A DNA stretch of 64,000 nucleotides from Macrostomum lignano (lineage: Eukaryota), in the NCBI GenBank assembly GCA_002269645.1, contig NIVC01001530.1:209420-273419 (forward strand). The letters are read 5' to 3'. The notes under the pieces were generated by a model, which was given only the letters and a program-made list of their open reading frames with translations, made no database searches and was not told where the DNA came from. Positions 41,816 through 52,164 of this stretch are shown piece by piece. A program made the position numbers and the translations under genes. How positions within the stretch are numbered: position 1 is the first letter of the stretch; each line of letters begins with the position of its first letter.

Positions 41816-44800
41816 GATTTCTTATTGCAATTCACTTCATTTGAGCAGTTTGTCTGTTGTCTTTGTGAAGGATTTTTTGGCTGTCTTTTTGTTACTTGTA
41901 GAAAACAGAGATTCTATCCAGATGTCCCCCATCGGGGGGCGAAGATTGCTAGTGAATTCTGAAAGTTAAGTTCTTTTTGACAGAGAAAATTTCGATTGAG
42001 TCCAGTTTCACGGAGTATTCTGATGGTTTTCGGTTTCACGGAGAGGATTTCTTTTTCGTGGAGAGAATCTAGATGTATTTCTGTTTTACGGAGACGATTT
42101 TGATGGATGTCAGTTTCACTCAGAGGATTTCCATGGAGCCCAGTTTCACGGAGGGGATTTCTGTTTCGCGGATTGGATTTCAAAAGGAGTCCAGTTTCAC
42201 GGAGAGGGTTTCTGTTTCGCGGAGAGGATTTCTGTTTCGCGGAGAGGATTTCTGTTTCGCGGAGAGGATTTCTGTTTCACGGAGGGATTTTGATGGATTT
42301 GGTATCTTCAGTCAGTCAGTAAAGAGAGTAAAGAGAAGAGTGAAAAGAGAAGAGAGAAGAGATGAGAGAGGACAGATTAGACATGACAGATGGGAGAGAA
42401 GAGGGGAGTAACGCGGGAACGAAGAGGGAGAGAGAAGAAAAGAGGAGAGAGGAGATGAGAGGGAAGATATGAGATAGCAGAGGGAGACAGGAGAGATGAG
42501 AGGAGAGAGAAGAGAGGAGCTGAGAGTAGAGGAGAAAGAAATAGTGAGATGAGGCATGAGGGATGAGAGATGAGAGAGGAGAGAAGAGAGGAGAGAGGAG
42601 AAAACAGGGGATAAAGGAGACAGGAGAGAAAGACGAAAGACGAGGGAGAAGAGATAAATAAGGTGGTAGAGATGAGAGACGTGAGAGGAGAGAAAAGAGA
42701 AGAGAGGAGACAGAAGAATCTGAGTCTGGACAATGGCAGTCAGTTTTTGCGAACAGGGAAAACAAGATATGGTATTTGAAAGGCTTTACAGAGGATTTGG
42801 AGATGATTTGGAAGATGGGATTCAAGTCATGGAATTTCAGCTAATGGATTTCAGGGAATGGAATTCCGGTGATGGGAGTTCTTCCCCTTTCTCCTCCAGA
42901 GGAGGAGTTGGCCTCGTCCTTATACTAAAAGTGGTGCGTTGTTTGTGTGTATGTATGTTGTAAGTGAACTCCTACAATTCTGGCAAGTCAGCGTCGAAAC
43001 TTATATGGGAAAACTGCAAATTTTCCGGATCAGGCTTTAGGCTATTTTAATTTTTAATTTTCACATTTTAACATCCCTAAAAAAGCAGAAAACTGCTTTT
43101 TTAACCCCCAATAACCTTCTTTGGCTACTCTGCCTGGGGCTGAAGCCAGTTTGTAAAAATAGCCACCCCAACCTCCGCCCGCGGGCCGGTGTGTATTGAG
43201 GGGTGGTGGGTGCGCGTGTTCTGGGTTCAATGCAAATAAAACCCCCCGCGTGTTGGGGGGTTCAGTTAAATTTAATGCTTCCCCCAGAACGGGGGGTTGG
43301 GCTTGGGCTGTTTGTACATAGCAGTTGTACAGTGTAAACAGATAGATAGGACTGTGTCGAGATTCATTTGGTTTTATTATTGGCGCCTTTTTTCTCCATA
43401 GGCAGCCCTGTGTATTAGTTTGGCAGTGAAATTCAATGAATTGCGAGCTTCTCTAGCAAGCAGTCGGGAAATCGGTAAATTTCAAACGCTAACTGTTCCT
43501 CGAGTTTTAAACTTTGAGAGGAGAGACTTATATTGCTGGAAAGATCTTGCAACGCTGAGTTCGGGAATATAAGTTGTATGCTTTAAATATGAAAAGAAAA
43601 AGCACAGCATTTAAAAAACTATTTCCATACTTTTAACTTTCTGCAAAAACTGTAATCAGTTTTGCGAGACGTAATAGATAAAGTTGGGCGTATTGGAAGG
43701 GGGTCTGCCGCTGCGTATTGGAGGGTTGATTTAGATTGCGCAACCGTTTATTTAACTTTAAATAAGACTGATACTGTCTGACTGAGAAATGGTTTGCGCA
43801 ATTAATTGATTCAATTAATTCAACACGCAGCTCTGTGCAGCTCTAACCCTAACCCTAACCAATGAATTCTGAAAGTTAAGTTCTTTTTGACAGAGAAAAT
43901 TTCGATTGAGTCCAGTTTCACGGAGTATTCTGATGGTTTTCGGTTTCACGGAGAGGATTTCTTTTTCGTGGAGAGAATCTAGATGTATTTCTGTTTTACG
44001 GAGACGATTTTGATGGATGTCAGTTTCACTCAGAGGATTTCCATGGAGCCCAGTTTCACGGAGGGGATTTCTGTTTCGCGGATTGGATTTCAAAAGGAGT
44101 CCAGTTTCACGGAGAGGGTTTCTGTTTCGCGGAGAGGATTTCTGTTTCGCGGAGAGGATTTCTGTTTCGCGGAGAGGATTTCTGTTTCACGGAGGGATTT
44201 TGATGGATTTGGTATCTTCAGTCAGTCAGTAAAGAGAGTAAAGAGAAGAGTGAAAAGAGAAGAGAGAAGAGATGAGAGAGGACAGATTAGACATGACAGA
44301 TGGGAGAGAAGAGGGGAGTAACGCGGGAACGAAGAGGGAGAGAGAAGAAAAGAGGAGAGAGGAGATGAGAGGGAAGATATGAGATAGCAGAGGGAGACAG
44401 GAGAGATGAGAGGAGAGAGAAGAGAGGAGCTGAGAGTAGAGGAGAAAGAAATAGTGAGATGAGGCATGAGGGATGAGAGATGAGAGAGGAGAGAAGAGAG
44501 GAGAGAGGAGAAAACAGGGGATAAAGGAGACAGGAGAGAAAGACGAAAGACGAGGGAGAAGAGATAAATAAGGTGGTAGAGATGAGAGACGTGAGAGGAG
44601 AGAAAAGAGAAGAGAGGAGACAGAAGAATCTGAGTCTGGACAATGGCAGTCAGTTTTTGCGAACAGGGAAAACAAGATATGGTATTTGAAAGGCTTTACA
44701 GAGGATTTGGAGATGATTTGGAAGATGGGATTCAAGTCATGGAATTTCAGCTAATGGATTTCAGGGAATGGAATTCCGGTGATGGGAGTTCTTCCCCTTT

Positions 44801-45018
44801 CTCCTCCAGAGGAGGAGTTGGCCTCGTCCTTATACTAAAAGTGGTGCGTTGTTTGTGTGTATGTATGTTGTAAGTGAACTCCTACAATTCTGGCAAGTCA
44901 GCGTCGAAACTTATATGGGAAAACTGCAAATTTTCCGGATCAGGCTTTAGGCTATTTTAATTTTTAATTTTCACATTTTAACATCCCTAAAAAAGCAGAA
45001 AACTGCTTTTTTAACCCC

Positions 45019-45304
45019 AGTAGTATATAAAAAGACGCTTCTAGACCCAGAGCACTTTTTTAATGACCGTTTTAAGGGTCTAGAGGGGGGACACGGGGGG
45101 TAAATAAAAAAACACATCTAAACACCCTTAACACATCTAATCACCCATAATCACCCCTAACAATAAAAATCATTCCCAAAACTTCCAAACACTCCCCAAC
45201 ACTCCCCTCGCGTCCCCCCTCTTAAGACCTTACAAACGGCCATTAAAATAAGGTCTGATCTAGAAGCGTCTTTTTCTATACTACTACTCTATAACCCCTT
45301 GCCC
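45019..45304 (+). repeat. Left terminal inverted repeat (286 bp)
   Basis: Reverse complement of 62444-62729 with about 4 mismatches by eye. Confidence 0.95.
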
Positions 45305-45323
45305 TCTTTTTCTGTTACTAAAA

Positions 45324-45638
45324 ATGACCCGAGTTTACACCTTTTCTGTTAGTGATACTTTTGAGACTGTTGCTAAAAATGCAGAGATAATAAAACAACA
45401 TATTTTGAATGGAATAATTGATGAAGTTTATTTAAAATATGACGACAAGCACGACCTAAAACTTTATCCATTAGAGCTAGATGAGATGTATGATTTAGAA
45501 CAAGAGGGTGAGTTAATATTTCAACTTGGAGATTATTTAAATTCGGATGATTGGGAGGTTAGATCAACAGATTCCGAATCAACAAATAGTTCATATGAAA
45601 CCAGCGATTCAGAGAATGAAAGTGAAATTTTTATTTGA
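45324..45638 (+). CDS. Polinton hypothetical protein with acidic C-terminus
   Basis: 104-aa ORF with the AAAAATG start context shared by other element genes. Confidence 0.6.
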   Translation: MTRVYTFSVSDTFETVAKNAEIIKQHILNGIIDEVYLKYDDKHDLKLYPLELDEMYDLEQEGELIFQLGDYLNSDDWEVRSTDSESTNSSYETSDSENESEIFI

Positions 45639-45654
45639 AAAAAATATTTAAAAA

Positions 45655-45879
45655 ATGAATTATTATTCTATAACAGAAACGACTTTTATTATGAAAAATA
45701 TATATAAAAAAATGAAGGTAAACTATTCCTATATCGGAAATGTTCCAATTAATGAACTTAATGAAAATTTAAGTCTAATCACTGTTGAACAAATGTCAAT
45801 AATAATATTAGTAACAATTATTGTAATAATATTGTTTTTGTTTGTTATAAAAAATTTACTACCATGTTGTCTTAAGTAA
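45655..45879 (+). CDS. Small membrane protein (one TM helix)
   Basis: 74 aa; hydrophobic IIILVTIIVIILFLFVI; AAAAATG start. Confidence 0.55.
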   Translation: MNYYSITETTFIMKNIYKKMKVNYSYIGNVPINELNENLSLITVEQMSIIILVTIIVIILFLFVIKNLLPCCLK

Positions 45880-45889
45880 CTGATCGAAC

Positions 45890-46794
45890 TTAGTTTGCAG
45901 ATAATATCTGATTCTCATAAAACGAACCCAATATTTCTTCACCGTCCTTATCAGCAATTATATAGGTTGTAGGATTGGTATTTAAAACTTTACTGATAGT
46001 AAATTTCTCACTTATCTTCCAATATCCTTTTCTTCCTTTTTCAAACTTATCTTTCCATTTATAGATATAAACAGAATCACCAACCTTAAAAGATTTCTTT
46101 TTATTTTTTTCAAATTTTCCAAAAGTAACCCTAACATTTTCAGGATTGTTATAAGCTTGTTGAGGAGTCATCTTTATAGCTGAATGATATGAATTGTTAT
46201 AATCTTTCACTACGTCTGGTAATATTTTTACCCATTTTTGGTTACCATTAAGACTAAACTGAAACCATAATTTCTTACCTAAAGTTCTATTAAATCTTTC
46301 TATTAATGCGTTTTTACTCTCTCCATAAATAGAATAAATTTTATTAATATACTCCCCATTCGCGTCTTTTTTCCTTTCTTGTCCTTTTTCAAAATGATAT
46401 AATTTATACATATGAGGATTGTAAAATTCTTTTCCTTCGTCAACACACAAACGTTCGCTTTTTTCTCCAAGACTTCTAAAAGCAGCAGCAACATCCTCTC
46501 CTTTTTTGGATTTCAAAGGAACAGCCCACGCGTATCGAGTAAAACCATCTAATATGGTTAAGATATATTTATATCCTCTTTCGTTCGGCATCGACATTAA
46601 ATCAGCATACCAAATTTCATTCTTTTTGAAGTTCATGATTTTTCTATAAAATTTAGGTTTTCGATATTCTTTATGAAGAACCTTAGCCTTATCATAACTT
46701 AGCCCACTACCACTTAATAACAAACATTCGACACAATTATTACCATGTTGGTTGTAATTAATTCCTAAACCAAATTTAACTTTAGATTGTAGAA
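45890..46794 (-). CDS. Retroviral-like (rve) DDE integrase, probably the C-terminal part of a PLA2-integrase fusion
   Basis: WYADLM, ILTILDGFTRYAWAVPLKSK, CVDEGKEF, LIERFNRTL (D-D-E); SH3-like tail FKVGDSV. Frame is open up to the A-run at 46795-46800 with no ATG before the N-terminal LHKEYRKPK motif. Confidence 0.95.
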
Positions 46795-47495
46795 TTTTTT
46801 AACCATCCACCTAGTTAATCTTTGCCCTACCGATAATCCCTGCAAGTTATCTAATCCTTGAATCATTTTTTGATCGGCTTCATGTTTTAATCTTAATGCT
46901 TCCTCGGGCGGGTTCTTGTCAGCATCTCTATATGCTAAGTCGTGATAGTATGCTAACCAATCAATCCCATTTATTGGAATTGAATCAGATTTTGGGGTGT
47001 CATCAGGATTTAATCTCAAATCTAAGCGAGTCCCCGGCAGTTTACCCTCAATCTTTCGAAAGAGGCTGGAGCACACCTTAAGCGGTTAAATTACCGCCCA
47101 TCTCCGTCTGCTCTCTGAACCTTCTCCTTATATTTAAAATACTTAGGAGCTTGGCTGCGCATTGCCACCGTGTCTTCAAGCTTGTTACCATCGAACCATA
47201 GGTTCGCGTGCAAAGCACGATTGGGAAGAGGAGTTACCTCTGTTCCTTCAAAAGATTTCTCAATTGAAGTGGTACTTGAAGCTGTATGATGGGTTTCACG
47301 CAATTTGGAGATGTCGCCACAAATAGTGACTAGCAAGGACATTGCCTTCCTCACTCAGGCCGCGGGTTAACCTGTGAAGTTCATTGATGGTAGGTGTAGT
47401 TCCCCTGTATATTTACCAGTAGTAAAGATTGGTGGTAAGCTCGTTAATCCTTTTTGTAAGTCTAAAAATCCTCCTTCAAACACTATTTGGTTCAT
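46765..47495 (-). CDS. Parvovirus-type phospholipase A2 domain protein, 2 exons (47495-47370 and 47037-46765 or beyond)
   Basis: Spliced translation MNQIVFEGGF...ELHLPSMNFTG|PGTRLDLRL...IDWLAYYHDLAY...KHEADQKM restores the GPG Ca-loop and HD catalytic dyad. Confidence 0.88.
47038..47369 (-). ncRNA. Group I self-splicing intron (IC1-like), 332 nt, no intron-encoded ORF
   Basis: Exon ends in U (CAGGU) pairing with IGS GCCUG; intron ends in G. P AAAUUGCGUGAAA, Q AAUGCGCAGC, R GUUCAGAGAGCA, S AAGGUGUGCUCC. P3 CAUCUCC/GGAGAUG; P7 GAGCA/UGCUC; P5a CUUCAAG/CUUGAAG with A-rich bulge; P6a CUCCU/AGGAG; P8 GCGGU/ACCGC. Confidence 0.9.
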
Positions 47496-48044
47496 TTTTA
47501 ATAGCCTTAAAAATACATGAAAGCACCAATTGTTTCGCAAATTCTTCAATTGTTGGTTGTTTAACTTTTTTATAGTTATTATCTACGCTAGTTAAGTATC
47601 TTTTATTTCTCCAATTTTCAGACTTTTTAATCTGATCATCGTCTTTGTAACTAAATGAAGAAGCGGGATGAAATGATCAATATCTAACTTTCCAGTATAA
47701 TCTTTTGATACATAATAATTTCTTGTGAAATTTAACCAATCAAAAAAGAATTCTTTTGTGCAACCAAGATATGAGATATAGTCCTTGTCATTAAAATTTT
47801 TCAACGCCCAATTTATTCTATTTCTAATTAAAACAATATGTTTGTAATTATCATCAGTGTGATACTTATTTTTTCTATATTCATTCCATTTATCTTTATT
47901 GTTTTTTATCCAAATAGCAGATGAGGTATTATGACAAGATCGACAATCATTTCTAAATTTTTTTGAATCATTTCTCCAAAAATAAAATTCTTTCGTCATC
48001 GGTTTTTCTTGTTTACACTTAGTACAAATCTTATTAGTTTCCAT
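47476..48044 (-). CDS. HNH-family endonuclease with N-terminal zinc finger (1-nt frameshift near 47660)
   Basis: CTKC...CRSC; YLGCTKEFF..W; LDIDHFIPL. Adding one T extends the frame to SSFSYKDDDQIKKSENWRNKRYLTSVDNNYKK..., completing an HNH/HNN-like fold, with the stop at 47476. Confidence 0.7.
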
Positions 48045-48071
48045 TTTATAAAAAATAAATTTAACAATTAA

Positions 48072-48737
48072 TTAAACACCAGTATGTCCAGCAGCTTTCG
48101 CAGCAGCTAAAACAAGTTTTCGTGGTGTTTTAAATCCATCACCAACAGCTGGTTTGTTATTTATAGAATTAACAATCCTTTTATACAAGCTGGTATTTTT
48201 AACAGCTCCTCCTAACTCATCATAAAAAATTCTAGCACTTATTAATTCATCCCTAGTATATAAATCAGGGTTAAACTTTACCCTAGGGTTCATAACAATA
48301 TTATATGCTCCACCCAATTCTCTATATAGTTCATTTCGATTTTTATCAACTCCACCAATTCGATAATTATTATTACCTAAATCTGTCGCAGCAATACTAG
48401 CTGGTACTCTTGGATATTGTTCCCGATCGCCCCGCTCTGCACGTCTAATCTCTGCAATTCTCAATTGTGCTTGATCAACATCATAAGCAGGCGGCTCATC
48501 CAAAATTTCATCCTCTTTTGGCTCAGTATTTTTAGCAATTTTTTCCAGAAGATCTTTATCTGTTTTTTCTAGTTCACTAATTTTCCCAGTAATAGGATTA
48601 ACAAAAGGAGCAGCAAATCTTTCACCCGCTAATTGTATTCCTAACTTTCTTTTTTGTAAATTTCTAACAAAATCAGAATATCTTTGCTTCTCTTTATAAA
48701 TCGCTAACTCTCCATCAACGTCCATAAATTGACTCAT
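48072..48737 (-). CDS. Polinton hypothetical, probably a virion core protein
   Basis: 221 aa; AAAAATG start; PITGKISEL segment; VGDGF protease-site-like motif. Confidence 0.6.
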   Translation of the reverse strand: MSQFMDVDGELAIYKEKQRYSDFVRNLQKRKLGIQLAGERFAAPFVNPITGKISELEKTDKDLLEKIAKNTEPKEDEILDEPPAYDVDQAQLRIAEIRRAERGDREQYPRVPASIAATDLGNNNYRIGGVDKNRNELYRELGGAYNIVMNPRVKFNPDLYTRDELISARIFYDELGGAVKNTSLYKRIVNSINNKPAVGDGFKTPRKLVLAAAKAAGHTGV

Positions 48738-48771
48738 TTTTTAACATAAAAAACTTTTTTAACTTAAAAAA

Positions 48772-50244
48772 ATGGCTGAAACAAAAACTATGTGGAGTGA
48801 TAAATTTCATTTCAAAAAGCACCGACAGTATATTAATGAGGTCAGAGCAAGAGATTTAAATTATACCCTACCAACAAGTGATAATTCAAATAACTTTACT
48901 ACTGGAACGGTAACTTTTGACATCGGCGCAACCAACACTATATTGGATATGAAAAATGCGTTTTTCCGCGTTAGATGGTTGTATACTAGAAATGATGGAA
49001 CTGCTCTTGCAGCCGGAGATATCGCAGATCGATCCAGAATAATAATAGAAAATGATTGGTTTTATAAATGTTTTTCCCAAGCTCAACTAACTGTTAATGG
49101 TGCTGAGGTTGAGACATCATCAAACCCCGCAGAGATTAATGGAGTTTTGAAACATTTAAATTATACTTATTTATCAAAACAAGTTGGTGATAATGTTGGG
49201 TGGATGCCGGATAAAGGTAACGGGCAAGCAGTAGTTTTCCCTAATGTACAAAACGCAGCCGGTGCAGATACTGCAGCGCTAATTGTTTACCTTAATACAA
49301 ACATAGTTCCAGTTGTAACCACTATGACTAATACAAAAGATATTAATACTGGTTTTATAGATCGTCAGAATAAATTCCCAGTCGCGGTTTTAACCACAGC
49401 AACAGCATATGAGCAGGACTTTTCAATCTTTCCACTATTTGGGTTTTTCTCACCAAATCGGGTATGGAAAGGATTAAAATTTGGGATACAGTTGCAAATA
49501 TCTGGTGGATATCAGCCTAGGATACTTTATGGAACCTCAATTTCAACCGATATAGCAGTTCGTATAGATTCAATTCAATTAGTCGTACCAACTATTGAGG
49601 TAACAGCCCCACTTTTAAAACACATCGATAATCAGTTAACGCATGATCAGGAAATATTTTATTTGAATCGTCGACATTTTATGCGAACCATTAATAATAA
49701 CCAGGATTCATTCCAGTGGCAAATACTGACATCAAAACGTCGGGTGAGATATATTTTTGTTTGGTTTAAGATAACAAATAGAAGGAGTAAAAGAGCAAAT
49801 GGGGATTTATATTGGCTTCAATCCGGTGCCATAGCAGAACAAGCAGCCACCGCAACAGACAATGCGGCTGCAGCTATTAACGAGTTTAATGTTCAGAATA
49901 TCCGCCTGCAGGTTGATGATCAATATTATCCGGTTAAAGACCCCCTAAATTTAAATATAGCAAATAATAATGTTAATGATTTTATAAAATATTATCAAGA
50001 TTATGCTAAAAATGAAGCGTATGCCGTCCCTCAGTACACACCCACAGAGTTTCTAAACATTCATCCAGTGGTTGTTTATGATCTAACGGCACAGAAAGAA
50101 AACGTAGCCAATATTGGACTTAATTATATGTTAGAGATTAATAAAACCGGTAATCAGGCACTTGACGCCCACGTATTGTTTCTAGAGGAATATATGTCAA
50201 TTGCTAAAGCTGATGGCACGATTGTTCGGGACGCACCATTGTAA
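48772..50244 (+). CDS. MCP: Major capsid protein (double jelly-roll)
   Basis: Intact 490-aa beta-rich ORF; FYKCFSQAQLTVNG..VE motif; IRLQVDDQYYP; lies beside ATPase, penton and protease genes. Confidence 0.85.
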   Translation: MAETKTMWSDKFHFKKHRQYINEVRARDLNYTLPTSDNSNNFTTGTVTFDIGATNTILDMKNAFFRVRWLYTRNDGTALAAGDIADRSRIIIENDWFYKCFSQAQLTVNGAEVETSSNPAEINGVLKHLNYTYLSKQVGDNVGWMPDKGNGQAVVFPNVQNAAGADTAALIVYLNTNIVPVVTTMTNTKDINTGFIDRQNKFPVAVLTTATAYEQDFSIFPLFGFFSPNRVWKGLKFGIQLQISGGYQPRILYGTSISTDIAVRIDSIQLVVPTIEVTAPLLKHIDNQLTHDQEIFYLNRRHFMRTINNNQDSFQWQILTSKRRVRYIFVWFKITNRRSKRANGDLYWLQSGAIAEQAATATDNAAAAINEFNVQNIRLQVDDQYYPVKDPLNLNIANNNVNDFIKYYQDYAKNEAYAVPQYTPTEFLNIHPVVVYDLTAQKENVANIGLNYMLEINKTGNQALDAHVLFLEEYMSIAKADGTIVRDAPL

Positions 50245-50328
50245 AATGAGTGCAGTGCAAAGCACGTCGCACCACTTTAGTGTCGCAGGTCTCCGACCGT
50301 CGCGCCTATTTAAATTATTTCTTTAAAA

Positions 50329-51142
50329 ATGGTAAAGGCAAAACACAATAAAATATTTCCAAATGATCCTTTTCTTTGTTTAGTAATCGGAGGATCAGGT
50401 AAAGGAAAAACACACTTTGTTTACGATTTATTAACAACAGATGGAATGTTAGACTATAATAATTTAATAATTTATACTAATAAACCTAGAATAAAATATT
50501 ATGAATTTCTTAAACATGGATTAAAAAACAAATTAAAAAAAGATGTCTTGTTTAGAATGTTAAGAGCATATGAGCAATATGAGGATGATGACGAACCGCG
50601 ATTTAATCTAGCAGACATTGAGGATTTATGTAAAACAATGGCACAACAGCCAGAAAACATCACCGATCGCCCCGAAGGGTCGCGGACTTCGTCCGATCGC
50701 GCCCCAACTGTTAGAGTATCAACCCGATTAGCCTATGATCAAATTCCAAAAATGATAAAACACTAATTATTTTGATGATTGTATTAATGACGGTGATCAA
50801 GAATTGCAAAAGGAAATTTTTGTTAGTGGTAGAGGAGATGGAATTGGAGCTTTTTATCTTACTCAATCCTTTAGAGAATTAGAATCGATTATAAAAAAGA
50901 ATGCTAGCTGTTGTGTAATGTTTGATTTAGATAACTATGATCTACAAAATATTCACGCTAGATTTAATCCCGGATTGGATGCAAAACCATTTAAAAGTAT
51001 GTGTAAAAAAATTTGGGATGATAGCCAATACAAACATATTTATATCAATCCGAGGTTAGAAAGGAAACATAGAATTTTAACAAATTTGATAAAAGAAGAT
51101 AATGAGGAAGAGAGACATAGCACGCGGACTTCGTCCGATTAA
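50329..51142 (+). CDS. A32/FtsK-like DNA packaging ATPase (frameshifted near 50750-50775)
   Basis: Walker A IGGSGKGKT; Walker B LIIFDD recoverable after two homopolymer corrections; SGRG and YLTQS motifs. Confidence 0.88.
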
Positions 51143-51157
51143 TTTCCCACTATAAAA

Positions 51158-51941
51158 ATGACTACAAATTTAAATACTATAAAACAATTGGTAGATCGAA
51201 CTAATTCAAAATTTAGTACAACATTACAGTTTATAATGACAACCAGCGAGCAACGGATTCAATTGCGCGATCCATTACAACTTGATCAAAGCCTAAGTTA
51301 TCAAATAGGTTTAATTCTATTTTCGGTTTTCAACATGCCTCAATTAATTAATGCAACAAATAATCAATTTAGATATTCTAAAGATTCCGGAGCCAATTGG
51401 ACAACATTTAGCGTTAACCCAGGAGCGTATAGCTATACTGATTTGAATGCTTATATAGAAGGAGAATTAACAACTAATGGTGATTGGGTAGCAGGAGCAA
51501 TTGTTATAGGTGTTGATTTACCGTCTGGCAGATTCACACTATCACTAGGATCCGGATATCAGGTTGATTTCACAATTGCAAATTCACTCAGAACCATACT
51601 TGGATTTAATTCCCGAATAGTTACCACATCAAGCACCGGTGATACAGTGGAAATATTGAGGGTGGAGTAATACAATTAATATAACAACCGACATATCAAA
51701 CGGCGGTTATATAACAGATAATAATGGAGTTTTGGTTCAACGTGGAATTATTTATTCAATCCCATTTCTTGCTGTTCCAATTGGAGAGAAAATGATTGTT
51801 GCACCTCAAACCCCAATATATTACCCATTAAATCAATATAATGTTCAATCAATTTATATTAGGATTGTAGATGAAAGCGATAGATTAATAAGTTTTGGTG
51901 GGCAGTCAATAACAATAATTTTACGTATAAAACAGGTTTGA
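51158..51941 (+). CDS. Minor capsid protein (penton), frameshift near 51655
   Basis: ORFs 51158..51670 and 51732..51941; C-terminal IYIRIVDESDRLISFGGQSITIILRIKQ resembles Polinton pentons. Confidence 0.75.
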
Positions 51942-52164
51942 TCGAACCTTTGGTTCGCGGACTTTGTCCGTTTCCTATAGTAAAAATGGGTAATAATAAT
52001 AATTTACTAAAAAAACAATCAGAAAAAGTTAAAAAAAGCTGAAGATAATTACGAACTAGAACTAGCAAAATTAAGGCAGTTACAAGCTGATAAAATAAGA
52101 AAGGAATTGTTAAAACCCACACCTACGAAACTAACTAAAACCAAGAGTTTTTCAGGAACATAAA

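Larger units (their letters stand above)
30734..41952 (+). mobile_element. Head-to-tail array of satellite-bearing non-autonomous Helitrons (family B), 3 units
   Basis: 5' TC (TCCTATATACTAAAA); 3' hairpin GTCCCCCAACGGGGGGC then CTAG (41949-41952). Inserted between A and T with no TSD (empty site AACCAA|TGAATTC at 43857-43869). CTAG|TC junction at 36904/36905; unit 2 is 5'-truncated at 34421. Confidence 0.85.

Noticed and set aside
31355-41969. Repetitive ORFs (GDACYL, MSNIKEPPC, DSKHPP) as repeat proteins; hundreds of GCCACCATG Kozak matches
   Set aside because: They are open in several frames simply because the units lack stops, and they lie within Helitron ends. The Kozak match is part of the satellite unit with no evidence of function.
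47091-47354. 87-aa ORF inside the intron as a homing endonuclease
   Set aside because: It runs through P2-P7 core helices and has no LAGLIDADG, His-Cys, GIY-YIG or HNH motif; incidental.
47038-47371. Spliceosomal reading of the PLA2 insert using GTTAAC at 47371 as donor
   Set aside because: There is no AG at the position needed to restore G-P-G, and nearby AGs give in-frame stops. The U|...G boundaries and group I core fit exactly.
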